This document shows, in pieces, positions 50,297-60,643 of a DNA stretch of 64,000 nt; positions within the stretch are counted from its first letter, which is position 1, and the number at the start of each line of letters is the position of its first letter. Location: the NCBI GenBank assembly GCA_965661285.1, contig CBFIDD010000004.1, positions 133,788-197,787 of the forward strand. The letters run 5' to 3'. The DNA comes from Poseidonia sp. (GTDB lineage: Archaea > Thermoplasmatota > Poseidoniia > Poseidoniales > Poseidoniaceae). A program made the position numbers and the translations under genes. The notes under the pieces are model-generated. The model saw nothing but the letters and a program-made list of their open reading frames with translations, had not been told where the DNA came from and did no database searches.

Positions 50297-51691
50297 ATGG
50301 GACTGTTTGATCGTTTTCGAAAGCGCGTCCATGAAGTGGCTGAAGAGATCGACGGCGAGGCCCTTTCGGTGGACGCCACCTCTGAGGAGGCCAAGGCGCT
50401 GATAGCAACGCCCTCCCAACCTCCTTCATCACCCGAGGAGTCCGATGACGACTGGGATGATGTCGACGAAGAACTGGTGCCCACCACGCCCGCTGCAGTT
50501 GAAGACGATGACGATTGGGATACATGGGATGATGACGAACCCGTCGCTCCCGTGACCCTAACGAAAAAAGAGCGAAAACGGCTCGAACGAAAGGAAAAGG
50601 AACGCCGCCGCCGGGAAGAAAAAGCCCGAAAAGCCATGAAGAAGCGAGGCGCCGTTGACGTCGCTCGGCCAAAAGGCTCCAAAGTCGACTTGTCCATGAT
50701 GCGAACCACGACGGGCCGACAACTTGTGAATGTCCAACAAGCACCCAAGGGCTCCAGCAAAACCGCCGCCATTCAAATTGCAGACGGTCAATCCATCGAT
50801 GTCGATTTGGGCGGTGGTGTCGTTTCGGAGGGTGGCCGCATCATCAAGCCCGGCGAAGCCTTGGAGAATCTGTTGGAGGAACTTGAATGGGTGTTGTTGG
50901 AGTCCGATATCTCGGCCCAAGCCTCAGGGGCCATTATTGACAGTCTTCGAACCGCCCTGGTCGGGGCTCGCCTGCGTCGTGGCGCCGACTTGTCAAAGGT
51001 GCTTGAAGCGGCCATAAAGCGTGCGCTACGAGCCCTGCTTGAGGCTGGGTACTGGGACTTTGATGCCTCCGTGAACGGGTTCATCGAGGCAGGCGATGTG
51101 CCTGTGGTCATCATGCTGGTTGGCGTGAACGGGACCGGAAAAACCACCACGGCAGCGAAAATCGCGCAACGCCTCCTCAACAACGGCCGATCCGTCATCG
51201 CTGCAGCGGGCGACACGTTCAGGGCGGGCGCGATTCAACAACTTGAGACGCATTGTGAACGCCTTGGTATACGCTGCGTTTCCAGCCAACGTGGCGGAGA
51301 TTCGGCAGCGATCGCACGAGACGCCATTGACTCCGCTAAGGCGAAAGGCATCGATGTCGTGCTCGTTGACACCGCCGGCCGCATGCAAAACAAGACCAAC
51401 TTGATGAACGAACTCAACAAGGTCAGGAAGGTCACTAATCCGCATCTCACACTTTTCGTTGGGGATTCCTTAGCCGGCAACGACGCCGTCGAGCAAGCGA
51501 AGATGTTCCAAGACATCATGCGGTTTGACGGTGCGGTGCTGACCAAGATGGACACCGATGCAAAAGGCGGTGCTGGGCTGTCCATTGCGTTCGCAACCGG
51601 CCGCCCCATCGTGTTTGCAGGGGTTGGGCAGGAATACGACGACCTGATGCAATTCGACCCGGAATGGCTTCTCAACCAGCTCTTTGAGTGA
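50297..51691 (+). CDS. ftsY: Signal recognition particle receptor
   Basis: GVNGTGKTT, DTFRAGA, DTAGR, TKMD..AKGG and GVGQ motifs. Confidence 0.97.
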   Translation: MGLFDRFRKRVHEVAEEIDGEALSVDATSEEAKALIATPSQPPSSPEESDDDWDDVDEELVPTTPAAVEDDDDWDTWDDDEPVAPVTLTKKERKRLERKEKERRRREEKARKAMKKRGAVDVARPKGSKVDLSMMRTTTGRQLVNVQQAPKGSSKTAAIQIADGQSIDVDLGGGVVSEGGRIIKPGEALENLLEELEWVLLESDISAQASGAIIDSLRTALVGARLRRGADLSKVLEAAIKRALRALLEAGYWDFDASVNGFIEAGDVPVVIMLVGVNGTGKTTTAAKIAQRLLNNGRSVIAAAGDTFRAGAIQQLETHCERLGIRCVSSQRGGDSAAIARDAIDSAKAKGIDVVLVDTAGRMQNKTNLMNELNKVRKVTNPHLTLFVGDSLAGNDAVEQAKMFQDIMRFDGAVLTKMDTDAKGGAGLSIAFATGRPIVFAGVGQEYDDLMQFDPEWLLNQLFE

Positions 51692-51729
51692 GGCGTAGGA
51701 AAAAATACCCCCGCACCCGACACCCGTTC

Positions 51730-52110
51730 ATGGCCGATATGTTTGCGGACGAGGACGCCGCCCGATTCTTTCAGATGGTTCAGATGCTTCAACGCTCAAC
51801 GTTGTTGCAAATGGGCTTCATTCCCGACCAGTCGGGGACCTATCACTACAACATGGGCGAGGCCCGTGAAGGCATCGAGGTCCTTCGTATGTTTCAGCGA
51901 AAAACCGACGGAAATCTCAGCGACCAAGAGACGCAAATGCTCCGCGCGGTGATCAGTGAGTTGCAAATGCAGTTCACACAGGCACCGCAGCGCAAACGCG
52001 AGCGGGACGAAGAAACCGCTCAAAGTGAAGTGATACGAGAAACCTTTTCTCAACCTCAAGGCGGTCCTGTCGAAGACCTCTCAACACCTGCAGATGGTGA
52101 GGAAGAATAG
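51730..52110 (+). CDS. DUF1844-like protein
   Basis: A...I..L.....KT.GNLS..E...L......LQM.F pattern. Confidence 0.7.
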   Translation: MADMFADEDAARFFQMVQMLQRSTLLQMGFIPDQSGTYHYNMGEAREGIEVLRMFQRKTDGNLSDQETQMLRAVISELQMQFTQAPQRKRERDEETAQSEVIRETFSQPQGGPVEDLSTPADGEEE

Positions 52111-52154
52111 CGGTTGATTGATGAGTTATCGCTCGTTGCCCTGCATTGATTGGC

Positions 52155-52817
52155 ATGGGATTGGTGACCGAAGTCGATGACGAATCTGCGCCTACGGTGC
52201 TCATCGTTGACAACAACCCAATGTCCTCCATGCGCCTTTCGAATCTCTTCAAAACACGAAATTTCAACGTGGAATTGTGCGAGGACGGCGACCAAGCCGT
52301 CGACGAATACATTCGAATTGACCCGGAACTGGTTGTCCTTTCTCTGGACATTCCCTCTCTCGACGGCCACCTTGCGGCCTTGGAGATGCGAGAACACGGC
52401 GGAGAAAGCCGCATCGTGTTCGTTGCCCCCGCCCGAATGGCTGACCTTGCTCGTAACGCCACGTTTTCTGCGGGCGCTGTGGCCTGGTTGCAAAAACCCG
52501 TCTCCAACGAGAGTTTGGAAACCGTCTGGAAAACCATCTTGGGCGCGATACCCGAAGCCCCCGGCCTCGAGGACCTTGACGAACTTTACCCCGACCGCAT
52601 TCAGGTTGAGGCTGATGAGGGGCCGCTTCTACCACTTCCCGCCACCCTTCCTCTCCCCGAGGTGGCTCTTTTGCCTGAGCTGCCCGTGGTGGTGCCGGTT
52701 GATTCCACGGAAAGCAAACCCAAGAAAGGAACGAAACGCTTCGTAGTTGTCGTGGCGCTTGCCTTGGTCGCTGGCGGGCTTGGCTACGCTTACCAGCAGG
52801 GCATGTTGCCAGTTTGA
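52155..52817 (+). CDS. CheY-like receiver-domain protein (atypical) with Pro-rich linker and C-terminal TM
   Basis: VLIVDNN, EDGDQAV, P.LVVLSLDIP.LDG and GAVAWLQKP; terminal hydrophobic helix. Confidence 0.8.
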   Translation: MGLVTEVDDESAPTVLIVDNNPMSSMRLSNLFKTRNFNVELCEDGDQAVDEYIRIDPELVVLSLDIPSLDGHLAALEMREHGGESRIVFVAPARMADLARNATFSAGAVAWLQKPVSNESLETVWKTILGAIPEAPGLEDLDELYPDRIQVEADEGPLLPLPATLPLPEVALLPELPVVVPVDSTESKPKKGTKRFVVVVALALVAGGLGYAYQQGMLPV

Positions 52818-52870
52818 GTGTCAAACCATTTTACCAAGGGAGTGATAATTCATCCCTCCATCCCCACTTC

Positions 52871-53707
52871 ATGAGGGGCGTATGGTTCGTTCGAATCCTT
52901 GTCCTCGTCCTTGTTTCGTTTTCCGTATACGGGGCCATCACGTACGGCGAATCAGAGCAGGATCATTCTGGGGGAGAGGCCACTCCCACAAATGAAAATC
53001 TGGGCAGCCCTGAAACCGAGAGCGCCGATGATGCACCCGCCGACGCAGCCCAACCGTTGGAATGGTCTGAGGCTGAAGAGGCTCCATCGCAAACACCCAA
53101 CACCCTGGCCTACCTTCTCGGAGGGTTAGGAGGCCTTTTCTTGCTGTTCATCTCAGCCATATTTGTTGAATTCATCGGCGTTATCATGCTCGTAGCCCTG
53201 ATTGTGCCGATGGTTTCGCAACGAAGAAAACACAAGGAAGACCAAATGAACAGGGGTCGTGTTTTGGGTTATATCGAAGCCAATGTCGGCATCCATTTTT
53301 CCGCTCTTCGGGATGGATTGGGGCTTGCGAACGGGGTCACGGCTTACCATACGAACGAACTCGAACGGGCGGGCAAAATCTTCTCATGGAAGAGCGGCAA
53401 ACACCGACGATATGCATCTTCCATTCTTGACAAAGAGCAGCGCAAAAACATTCGTAATCCATTGTCGGGAACACGTCTCGCCATTTTGGAGGTCCTCGCG
53501 CAATCCGGCCAGTTTGGGCTTGAGAGCAAGGAGCTCCGAGAACGACTGCACATCTCTCGGCAGTTACTGAGTCACCACATCAAAGAACTTCACGCCTCAG
53601 CGTTGATCGAGCCATCTGAACGCTCGAAAAGAGCGTGGCGAGCCTCCATGCACGGGCACGATCAACTCCACAAAAGCCGAACCCTCCAAGAATTCACCAA
53701 CATGTAA
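52871..53707 (+). CDS. Membrane-anchored double winged-helix regulator
   Basis: N-terminal TM helices; R..VLGYI....GIHFS.L...LGL.NG...YH...LE, followed by a second wHTH (ISRQLLSHHI). Confidence 0.75.
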   Translation: MRGVWFVRILVLVLVSFSVYGAITYGESEQDHSGGEATPTNENLGSPETESADDAPADAAQPLEWSEAEEAPSQTPNTLAYLLGGLGGLFLLFISAIFVEFIGVIMLVALIVPMVSQRRKHKEDQMNRGRVLGYIEANVGIHFSALRDGLGLANGVTAYHTNELERAGKIFSWKSGKHRRYASSILDKEQRKNIRNPLSGTRLAILEVLAQSGQFGLESKELRERLHISRQLLSHHIKELHASALIEPSERSKRAWRASMHGHDQLHKSRTLQEFTNM

Positions 53708-53755
53708 AATCAATTTACCAATCTCTTAATATCAACTTGGGAGCGTCTTTTCCTC

Positions 53756-56122
53756 ATGGAACGCACGCCGCTTGTGGCCATTGGCCTGTGCTTGACGATG
53801 CTTATGGCGGGATGCCTGAATGTCACAGAGAACGTTGAGGTGCCCGATGTGGTGCTTCCAAACGACTGGTCGACCATCACCGCGAGAACCGTTGCCAGCC
53901 CCCAGTTGTTTGCTTACGACGATTGTGATGAATTGGAGCGATCGCTGAAACAATCCATCGAAGAGGAATACAGGGTGGACCTGCTGCAAGCCGTTGCTGA
54001 GCAATACGACTACGGCGGCGTGTGGTTTGACGGTGCTGAAATGGCCATGGACGACGGCGCTGTGGCGGATAGCAGCACCACCGCACAGCCACGCACGACG
54101 GCCCCCCCTCGAGTGGAAGGTGAGGATTTCTCAGGCACCAACAACCAGGAGTCGGGCGTGGATGAAGCGGACTTCGTGAAAACCGATGGCTACCACATCT
54201 ACTATCTCCAAGGCCAACAACTCCACATCTTTGGTGTTCCCGAATTTGGAGAAATTGAGGCCACCTTCAACACCACCCTCTCGGGAAACCCGGTGGCCAT
54301 GATGTTGGACGGCGACCAGCTTGTGGTCATTTCCAGCATGAACCCTTGGTCCATCTCACGGAACCACCCTGTGGTTGATGTGATGGGGTGGGGAGATGAT
54401 TACGGCATGTGGCGGTCGAACAGTCTCACCAAGTTCACCGTGTTTGACATCACAAATCGCAGCGCCCCTGATATCGACCGAGAATTGTTCATCGAAGGAT
54501 CATACATCACGGCACGTGAGATCAATGGAACGGTTCGAACCGTCACCCATGCATGGATGGATGTACCCGGCGTGACATCATGGTTGGACCTCCCAACCGG
54601 ATATTGGAACTTGGACTACGAGGACCCGCTTCGCTTGGAGATACGAGAAAAAGTGGCCTACCAAACGATGATGAGCAACAGCGAGGCCCTGGACGGTCTT
54701 TCGCTGACCGATTTGATTCCCCAAGTCTACGAATACAGCAACGGAGACATCACGGTTCACACCATGAACGACAACGAATGCCGTGATTTCGTTGCGCCCG
54801 AAGACGGCATGGAGCGGGGCATCTCCAGTATTTTCTCCCTCGACTTGGCTTCCAGCGCCTTTGATTACGAGGTTGACCATGTGGTGGGCACCTACCCTCA
54901 AGTCTACGCCTCAAGCGATGTCTTGGTGCTGGCCGAGTCGGCCTTTTCCGACTGGTGGTTTTGGGGCAACGATGACAGCGATGAAATGACCAACCTCCAC
55001 ACCTTCGACATCAGCGCAAGCGATGCCACCCTCTACACCGGTTCAGGCCGTATTGACGGCACCGTCCTCAATCAATTCTCCATTTCCGAACACGAAGGCG
55101 TCCTGCGAGTGGCGACCACCGTTGGCCAGTGGGCGCGATGGTGGATGGAAGACCCTGAACCGATGTCGTCGCAACTCGTCACCCTGGTTCGCTCCGTTGA
55201 TGTCGATACGGGAAAGCAGGTGCTCACCGAGGCTGGACGCGTGGACGGGATTGCACCCGGCGAACGCATCTGGAGCGCACGCTTTGATGGTGACCGCGCC
55301 TACATTGTAACCTTCGAACAAATCGACCCGTTGTGGGTCATTGATGTGTCGGACGAAACCAATCCGACCATCCTTGGTGAACTCAAGGTTCCCGGCGTAT
55401 CCACCTACATTCATCCGCTCTCAAGGGACCACCTGCTGACCATTGGCTTTGGCCCGGCCAACGAAGACGGCACCGGTTTGGATTGGGCAGGAACGCAACT
55501 CTCGCTGTTCGATATATCGGCGCCAACCGACCCCCAGCAGGCCGATGTGCTTCGTTTGTCCCCGGTCGCTCAACAAAACGAACACATGTGGTCGTGGTCG
55601 TGGTCAGAAGCCAGCTACGAGCACAAAGCCTTCCAATACTGGGCGCCGAAGTCCATGCTGGCCGTTCCGCTTTCGACCTACCGTTGGGTCAACACCGAAT
55701 ACGACGATGGCCGGTACGGCTACGGGCATTACGAGTACATCACGAAGTTGATGCTCGTGCACGTCAACGAATCCGACGGTTCACTGTCCGCGTACGGCGA
55801 GGTCAATCATTCATCGTTGTACAACACCGAAGGGCCATCCCCATGGTGGGACGATCGCAATATCCGACGTTCCATTTTCATGGGCGATTTCGTCTACGCT
55901 CTTTCTTCGGCCGGGGTGACGGCAACCAACCTCACGACCTTGGAAGAATCGGGGCGTCTTTCAATCCCCCATTCCTCCCAGTACAACGAGCCTTACGTGT
56001 CCGATGGCGAGGCTGAAGATGCTGAGGGTCAGGAAAAGGAACCTGAGCGGGCCGAAGAGAGCGACAGCACCGATGATGATGCCGTTGCGGGCGAGGCACC
56101 AACCTCTTCTGACCGTTCTTGA
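53756..56122 (+). CDS. Secreted beta-propeller domain lipoprotein
   Basis: MAGC lipobox; SGTNNQE.GVDEADFVKTDG, LNQFS..E..G.LRVATT, ERIWSARF and GELKVPGVSTYIHP. Confidence 0.85.
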   Translation: MERTPLVAIGLCLTMLMAGCLNVTENVEVPDVVLPNDWSTITARTVASPQLFAYDDCDELERSLKQSIEEEYRVDLLQAVAEQYDYGGVWFDGAEMAMDDGAVADSSTTAQPRTTAPPRVEGEDFSGTNNQESGVDEADFVKTDGYHIYYLQGQQLHIFGVPEFGEIEATFNTTLSGNPVAMMLDGDQLVVISSMNPWSISRNHPVVDVMGWGDDYGMWRSNSLTKFTVFDITNRSAPDIDRELFIEGSYITAREINGTVRTVTHAWMDVPGVTSWLDLPTGYWNLDYEDPLRLEIREKVAYQTMMSNSEALDGLSLTDLIPQVYEYSNGDITVHTMNDNECRDFVAPEDGMERGISSIFSLDLASSAFDYEVDHVVGTYPQVYASSDVLVLAESAFSDWWFWGNDDSDEMTNLHTFDISASDATLYTGSGRIDGTVLNQFSISEHEGVLRVATTVGQWARWWMEDPEPMSSQLVTLVRSVDVDTGKQVLTEAGRVDGIAPGERIWSARFDGDRAYIVTFEQIDPLWVIDVSDETNPTILGELKVPGVSTYIHPLSRDHLLTIGFGPANEDGTGLDWAGTQLSLFDISAPTDPQQADVLRLSPVAQQNEHMWSWSWSEASYEHKAFQYWAPKSMLAVPLSTYRWVNTEYDDGRYGYGHYEYITKLMLVHVNESDGSLSAYGEVNHSSLYNTEGPSPWWDDRNIRRSIFMGDFVYALSSAGVTATNLTTLEESGRLSIPHSSQYNEPYVSDGEAEDAEGQEKEPERAEESDSTDDDAVAGEAPTSSDRS

Positions 56123-56184
56123 AACGCCCGTGTTCCTCGGACGGCATCACCACCCTCATGAAGAGCGGCGGATTGAGGTGGACC

Positions 56185-57117
56185 ATGCGCACAGCCGTGG
56201 CCACGTTTGGTTTTGGTCGGCCGGACCATTTTGAGCGCATGCTTCGTTCGCTCGGCACGTGCCCTGAGGTGATGGAGGGGGCGGTGGATGTCATTCATTT
56301 CCTCGACGGAGGGCCTGGCGCTGAGCAAGATGCGCTTCGTGATGTGATCGAGGCAAGCGGCGTGCCCTACACCTCCATCGTTGCCCGTCCTGAAAACCTC
56401 GGTGTCGGGCGCCAACTTATCGGCGCTCGACGAGAGGTCTTGGACGAGCAGGGCTATGACCGGATGGTGTTGGTGGAAGACGACATCGAACTCAATGCGA
56501 CCTACTTGACGACCTTGCTCCGGCTCTCAGATTGGGCCGAACAATACGGGGACGTTGGGACCGTCCAGGTATGGAACGTTGAGGCGGGTGAGGAGGACGA
56601 CTTACGCCCCCACTTGCATCAGGTTGAGTTGACCAACCGTCATTTTGTCACCTACTGCATCACGAAGCGTGCCTGGGAAATCATCAAACCCGTCCTCTAC
56701 GCCTACGAGGAAAAGTTCCTTCTTCGCCGGCCGTACGCCAAGCGGCCGCATTACCGTATCCGTCGGTTCATGCGCCAACAACTCAAACAGGCTCGAACAA
56801 CGCCACGGGGCCGGTTGCTAAACCCTCCCGCGCAGGCCGTTCACAATCCGTTTCCCTCCGTTCCGTGGCGTTCTGCCCCGACCAGCCAAGATGCCATCAC
56901 TTCTCTTGCCATGTATCTCTCAGGGTTGCATCGCATCACCACCCGTGTGCCCCACGCTTACTATTTTGGTGTCACAGGCGTCCATTGCACGCCCGAACTC
57001 TACGAGTTCATGGGCTTCAACGACCAGGGCTGGTGGAAATGGGATGCGGCACCCGAGCATTTTGAGATTCGATACCAAGATTCAAACGGGGATTGGCTCA
57101 GTTCGACCTACCGTTGA
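56185..57117 (+). CDS. GT-A fold glycosyltransferase-like protein
   Basis: F.RP.HF...L.SL, FLDG, R.ENLG and VLVEDD motifs. Confidence 0.7.
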   Translation: MRTAVATFGFGRPDHFERMLRSLGTCPEVMEGAVDVIHFLDGGPGAEQDALRDVIEASGVPYTSIVARPENLGVGRQLIGARREVLDEQGYDRMVLVEDDIELNATYLTTLLRLSDWAEQYGDVGTVQVWNVEAGEEDDLRPHLHQVELTNRHFVTYCITKRAWEIIKPVLYAYEEKFLLRRPYAKRPHYRIRRFMRQQLKQARTTPRGRLLNPPAQAVHNPFPSVPWRSAPTSQDAITSLAMYLSGLHRITTRVPHAYYFGVTGVHCTPELYEFMGFNDQGWWKWDAAPEHFEIRYQDSNGDWLSSTYR

Positions 57118-57123
57118 GTGAGA

Positions 57124-58035
57124 ATGATGGCCCCTACGATCGGTTTGGTGGGTTGCGGCCGTTGGGGCAGTCATCATCTTCGGATTCTCAACGAACTGAA
57201 ATCAGCTGGACGAATTCATCGCGTCGCCGTTTGCGATATTGACGCTGACAAACGACGGGAAATCCAAGCCGATGCCGTTTATGCCTCCTTGGACGAGATG
57301 CTCAACAGCGAATCCCTCGACGGGCTGGCCATCGTCACGCCACCCGAGACGCATGTTGGGCTTGCCCGTCAAGGATTGTCTCACGGGCTTCCGTTGCTGG
57401 TTGAGAAGCCCTTGGCTGCCAATGCTGCGGAAGCCGACAGATTCCTCAACTCTCTCGACGGAACCGCCGTCATGGTGGTCGGATATATCCTCCGACACCA
57501 TCACGGTATTGCACGACTTCGCTCAGACGATGTTCGAGCGTCTCTGGGAGGGATTCAATCCGTGAAGTATCTTCGGACGACGACACGAGAACGACCTCCC
57601 AATGCACGCCCGGTCCCGACCCTTGGCGTCCATGCTCTGGACCTCATCTCGTGGTTCTTGGACACACCCCTCATGTCGGGTGAAGTGGTTTCGAAAGTGA
57701 CGGCTCCGGACAGTGCTTCGGTAAACCTGATGTTTCCCTCCGGGCAGAAAGGAGAATTTGAGGTCGCGTGGGCGGCATCGGAAGAACAACGTCTTCTCCA
57801 CGTGAACGGAACGACGGGCCAGGCTTCCCTCGACTTTGGCAGCGGGCTTCTCACGCTCAATACAAACGGTGCTTCAGCCACCCTTCAATCCACGGGCGAG
57901 GAGCCATTGCTCGCTGAATGGAATCATTTCCTTCACCACATACAACGAGGCCACGCCTACGTTTTCCCTCCTGTTGAACGCCTTCACGACCAAAGTGTGT
58001 GGCTTCATACGCACGGCGGCGAGGATTCCCTCTGA
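57124..58035 (+). CDS. Gfo/Idh/MocA family oxidoreductase
   Basis: GCGRWG, TP..TH, VEKP and H.LD motifs. Confidence 0.9.
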   Translation: MMAPTIGLVGCGRWGSHHLRILNELKSAGRIHRVAVCDIDADKRREIQADAVYASLDEMLNSESLDGLAIVTPPETHVGLARQGLSHGLPLLVEKPLAANAAEADRFLNSLDGTAVMVVGYILRHHHGIARLRSDDVRASLGGIQSVKYLRTTTRERPPNARPVPTLGVHALDLISWFLDTPLMSGEVVSKVTAPDSASVNLMFPSGQKGEFEVAWAASEEQRLLHVNGTTGQASLDFGSGLLTLNTNGASATLQSTGEEPLLAEWNHFLHHIQRGHAYVFPPVERLHDQSVWLHTHGGEDSL

Positions 58036-58087
58036 CCCAACCACTTCTTTGCGAGAATTGAAGAATGCCCTGCTCTTGGGCGAAACC

Positions 58088-58441
58088 ATGGGCCTCTCCA
58101 TGACCACCGTTCAACGCATGCTCGGGGCAAGCCTCGTTGCCAGCCTGGGTGTTTGGTTCCTTCAGGGAACGGTCATGGACGGCGTGCTCACGCTCATCGC
58201 ATTGTGCGGGCTGACGGGCCTGATTTGGGGGCTTTCGGAACGTGAGTCGACGTTTGGCTATCTCAATCTCTCCGGCAGCGGCCCGTGGAACATTCTTGCT
58301 GTGGTGTTGAGTATCGTGGTGTTCGCACAAGTATCGATTTCAATTTGGGCCTTTCCTACCGTGGGCGCTTATCTCCTCTCACTTTCGTTTATTGGCTCGT
58401 TTTGGCTGACCGGCCACATGATGCAACCGGGCGGCGCCTGA
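58088..58441 (+). CDS. Small four-TM membrane protein
   Basis: Four hydrophobic segments in 117 aa. Confidence 0.6.
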   Translation: MGLSMTTVQRMLGASLVASLGVWFLQGTVMDGVLTLIALCGLTGLIWGLSERESTFGYLNLSGSGPWNILAVVLSIVVFAQVSISIWAFPTVGAYLLSLSFIGSFWLTGHMMQPGGA

Positions 58442-58505
58442 ACGAGTCCACGACCCCCTCTCTTGGGCGAAGGGTCAAGGGCCGGCGGCGAGGACGAGGC
58501 GCTTG

Positions 58506-59849
58506 ATGGCAACCCACGGTGACCACCCGACACTTCCTGAACATCTTGAGTCGCTGCTCATGGACGATGTCCACACGGTCTTCCTGAAGGCAGATTGTCC
58601 GCCCCGAATTAAGCGTGGCGCCATCGGTTCACTCAAGCTGGTTGAAGCGGAATCCTCCGTCGCCAATTGGGACACCCTCACACTCGAACAGCTCGAAGAA
58701 GACTTGGTTGCCTTGGTGGAAGAGCACCGTTATCGCAGCGATTGTTTCTTGGAAATTGACCGGAAGGGCTGTCGCGTCATCCAACTGGGCGACCTTCGCA
58801 TCACGTCAGCATGGCCGCCATTTTCCGATGCAAGGGAAATCACGGTTGTGCGACCCGTTGCAAAACTCAGCCTCGGTGACTACGACTTGGACAATCGTTT
58901 GGTGGAACGTTTGCGCAACCACCACCGGGGGGTCTTCATCTGCGGCCGACCCGGCTCAGGCAAAACCACGCTGGCCCAGGCCATTGCCGAATACCTCGAC
59001 AACGACGTCGGAGCGTTGGTGAAAACGATGGAGGCGCCTCGCGACCTGCAGCTTGCGGACCGCATCACGCAATATGCGCCCCTCGAGGGGGATTTGGAAA
59101 AAACCGCCGAGATCATCTTCCTTGTTCGTCCCGATTTTGTCATCTTTGACGAAGTCCGACGCGCCCGAGATTTCGAGATCTTCGCCGATGTTCGGTTGGC
59201 AGGCGTTGGTTTGTTGGGCGTCACGCACGCAAACTCAGCCTTGGAGGCCATTCAACGGCTCATCGGCAAGGTTGAACTCGGCTTGGTCAGTCAAGTTCTC
59301 GACACCATCTTGCACGTTGAATCTGGAAAAATTCAGCAAGTGTTGGAGTTGCGGATGACCGTCAAACCGCCCACCGGGATGCAAGAAGAGCTGGCACGTC
59401 CGGTGATTGAAGTGGTTGAATTCCCGAGCGGCAAACTCACTCATGAAATGTTTGCCTTTGGTTCAGAAATCGCCGTTGTCCCCCTCGAAGGGCGCGCCAC
59501 AACCAACGACCTTTCACCGGTGAGGGCCATGGCAAAGGATCGCATTATCGAGACCGTTCGTCAATGGGTGGGTGTCGAGTGTCAAGTTCGTTTTTCGAGC
59601 GACACGTCCGCTGTCATCTACGCTCCTTCGAACATGATTTCGACCTTGGTCGGGCGCGGTGGTGAGAACGTCAAACAACTGCAAAACGAGTTGGGCGGCA
59701 TGCGATTGAGTATTGAATCGTTTGATGACATGCCCGAAGGGCTGGAGCAACCCAACCGGTTTTGGCAGGACAACCGCAAGAAAGGAGACGCGTGGGAGAA
59801 TCCCCGCCGAAAAGGCAAGTCTGCCCGTAGGAAGCAACGAAAACGTTAG
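58506..59849 (+). CDS. PINA-like ATPase with C-terminal KH domain, lacking the PIN domain
   Basis: PPFSD..EIT.VRP, GRPGSGKTT.AQA, KTME.PRDL, DEVR, RLAGVG..GV.HA, IQR....ELG; KH motif VGRGGENV. Confidence 0.85.
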   Translation: MATHGDHPTLPEHLESLLMDDVHTVFLKADCPPRIKRGAIGSLKLVEAESSVANWDTLTLEQLEEDLVALVEEHRYRSDCFLEIDRKGCRVIQLGDLRITSAWPPFSDAREITVVRPVAKLSLGDYDLDNRLVERLRNHHRGVFICGRPGSGKTTLAQAIAEYLDNDVGALVKTMEAPRDLQLADRITQYAPLEGDLEKTAEIIFLVRPDFVIFDEVRRARDFEIFADVRLAGVGLLGVTHANSALEAIQRLIGKVELGLVSQVLDTILHVESGKIQQVLELRMTVKPPTGMQEELARPVIEVVEFPSGKLTHEMFAFGSEIAVVPLEGRATTNDLSPVRAMAKDRIIETVRQWVGVECQVRFSSDTSAVIYAPSNMISTLVGRGGENVKQLQNELGGMRLSIESFDDMPEGLEQPNRFWQDNRKKGDAWENPRRKGKSARRKQRKR

Positions 59850-59942
59850 TCGGACGCGCATTGCGTTATCATCGTCCCACCAAGGATAATGGCACATTCT
59901 TTAAATGTCAAACAGCGGAGGTCGGGCCAGAGAGGTCTCACC

Positions 59943-60632
<690 letters not shown>

Positions 60633-60643
60633 GGTGAAGAAAA

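Noticed and set aside
58506-59849. Pilus or archaellum assembly ATPase
   Set aside because: The motifs and KH domain fit the PINA family, and no pilin or TadC genes are adjacent.
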